Source: an uncultured delta proteobacterium (GTDB lineage: Bacteria; Desulfobacterota; Binatia; Binatales; Binataceae). Taken from it: DNA of 64,000 nucleotides. This document shows positions 62,561 to 64,000 of the stretch, piece by piece. The translations under genes were made by a program, and so were the position numbers. The stretch lies in NCBI GenBank assembly GCA_963765675.1, contig CAVXXK010000001.1:224001-288000 (forward strand), given 5' to 3'. Each line of letters opens with the position of its first letter. The stretch's first letter is position 1. The notes beneath the pieces were generated by a model. The model did not search any database, was not told where the DNA came from, and saw only the letters and a program-made list of their open reading frames with translations.

Positions 62561-63154
62561 ATGCGATCCGAAGACATTCCCGCCGAGCTCCGCGCCTATA
62601 CCGCGCATGAAACTTTGCGCGACGGCGAAAGGATTCTCGTGCGCGCTATCCGCCCCGATGACAAGGCGCGCCTGCTCGAACACTTCCATGCGCTGAGCCC
62701 GGCGTCGATCCATAGCCGGTTCTTTTCCATGCGACGGAACTTGAGCGACGCCGACCTCGCGAAGCTGACGGAGCTCGACTTTCAGATTCAGGTGGCCGTT
62801 GTCGTCACAACCGGTGAAGGAGATGGCGAACGCTTCATCGGTGTCGGCCGCTACGTTCGCGAACCCGATCTCAAACGCGCCGAGGTCGCCTTCGCGGTCC
62901 GCGATGATTATCAAGGCCACGGCGTCGGTACGATCCTGCTCGAGCATCTGGCAAAGATCGCGCGCGCACAGGGCGTCGAAATGTTCGAGGCCGACGTGCT
63001 CGCCGAGAATCGCCAGATGCTGGGCGTCGTCGAGCAGAGCGGCTTTAAGGCTCATCGCACGTCCGACTCTGGCGTCGTTCACCTGGTGATGCCGATCGCC
63101 GAAACTCAAGAATCGATCGCGGCCCACGCGGATCGCGAGAAGCCGCGGAAATAA
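62561..63154 (+). CDS. GNAT-family N-acetyltransferase
   Basis: LRDG..VRAIRPDD, AEVAFAV.DDYQGHGVG, N..ML. Confidence 0.85.
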   Translation: MRSEDIPAELRAYTAHETLRDGERILVRAIRPDDKARLLEHFHALSPASIHSRFFSMRRNLSDADLAKLTELDFQIQVAVVVTTGEGDGERFIGVGRYVREPDLKRAEVAFAVRDDYQGHGVGTILLEHLAKIARAQGVEMFEADVLAENRQMLGVVEQSGFKAHRTSDSGVVHLVMPIAETQESIAAHADREKPRK

Positions 63155-63184
63155 TTCGCGCCCGCGTACGAGGAGAATTTCACC

Positions 63185-63949
63185 ATGAGCAATGTCAGTT
63201 TCGAGACCGATGGAGCGATCGCGATCGTCACGATCAACCGTCCCGCCGCGCGCAATGCCGTCGATCGTCCGACCGCCGCCGCGCTGGCCGAGGCGTTTCG
63301 CCGCTTCGACGCCGACGCCTCGCTCGCAGTCGCGATCCTGACCGGCGCGGGAGGATTCTTCTGCGCGGGCGCGGATTTGAAGGCGGTCGCGACCGAGCGC
63401 GGAAATCGCGTCAGCGCCGACGGCGACGGGCCTCTCGGATGCTCACGGATGCTGCTCGGCAAGCCTGTAATCGCCGCGGTCGAGGGCTTCGCGGTGGCGG
63501 GCGGTCTCGAGCTCGCGCTGTGGTGCGACCTGCGCGTCGCGGCTCGCGATGCGGTGTTCGGCGTCTATTGCCGCAGATGGGGCGTGCCGCTGGTCGATGG
63601 CGGCACGATCCGGCTGCCGCGTCTTATCGGGATGAGCAATGCGATGGACATGATTCTGACCGGACGCGGTGTTGCGGGCGAAGAGGCGCTCAGGATGGGG
63701 CTTGCGAATCGAATCGTCGAAAAGGGCGGCGCGCTCGCGGCCGCCCGCGAGCTCGCATCACAGCTCGCAGCGTTTCCGCAGCGATGCCTGCGCTCGGACC
63801 GGATGTCGGCGTACGAGGCATGGACGCTGCCGCTCGAAGGCGCGCTCGCGAACGAATATCGTCACGGAATCGCGACCATTAGCTCGGGCGAAACGCGCGA
63901 GGGCGCCGCCCGCTTCGCCGCCGGCGCCGGCCGCCACGGAAAATTCTAG
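63185..63949 (+). CDS. Enoyl-CoA hydratase/isomerase family protein
   Basis: INRP..RNA, FCAGADL, AVAGGLELAL, GVPLVDGG. Confidence 0.9.
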   Translation: MSNVSFETDGAIAIVTINRPAARNAVDRPTAAALAEAFRRFDADASLAVAILTGAGGFFCAGADLKAVATERGNRVSADGDGPLGCSRMLLGKPVIAAVEGFAVAGGLELALWCDLRVAARDAVFGVYCRRWGVPLVDGGTIRLPRLIGMSNAMDMILTGRGVAGEEALRMGLANRIVEKGGALAAARELASQLAAFPQRCLRSDRMSAYEAWTLPLEGALANEYRHGIATISSGETREGAARFAAGAGRHGKF

Positions 63950-64000
63950 GGGGCACTCTACATTGACAGACGGTGGATTTCCAGTGGTGGCCGACGGCTC

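Overview
Gene-dense, GC-rich bacterial window with no rRNA, tRNA, CRISPR array, integrase or transposase that I can recognise. Gene content resembles Candidatus Binatota or similar soil deltaproteobacteria-like lineages; this is inference only. Contents in order: flavin monooxygenases (LLM, BVMO); an assimilatory nitrate/nitrite reductase operon (nasA-nirB-nirD) next to a nitronate monooxygenase; a ~16 kb stress/envelope island (hemerythrin, two BON proteins, unannotated micro-proteins, GAF hybrid kinase, stand-alone lptD-lptE, a Trp/His-rich repeat protein, tandem atypical Crp/Fnr regulators); a TetR-controlled GST/SDR/CoA-transferase cluster resembling glutathione-dependent isoGHIJ/styGHIJ modules; pgm plus a P3A H+-ATPase; amidase and AHL-lactonase-family genes; beta-oxidation genes; a ~214-nt intergenic hairpin; L-fucose-type catabolic genes flanking sdhCAB; and P450/ferredoxin, Tat-MsrB and thiolase-like/OB-fold genes. 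The most notable non-obvious signal is ten sigma54-type (-24/-12, GG-N10-GC) motifs just upstream of genes, most of them small or uncharacterised, including a 43-aa lipoprotein missed by the ORF track. Two clear single-base frameshifts and one probable one suggest indel errors in the assembly. All family calls come from motif recognition, not database searches.
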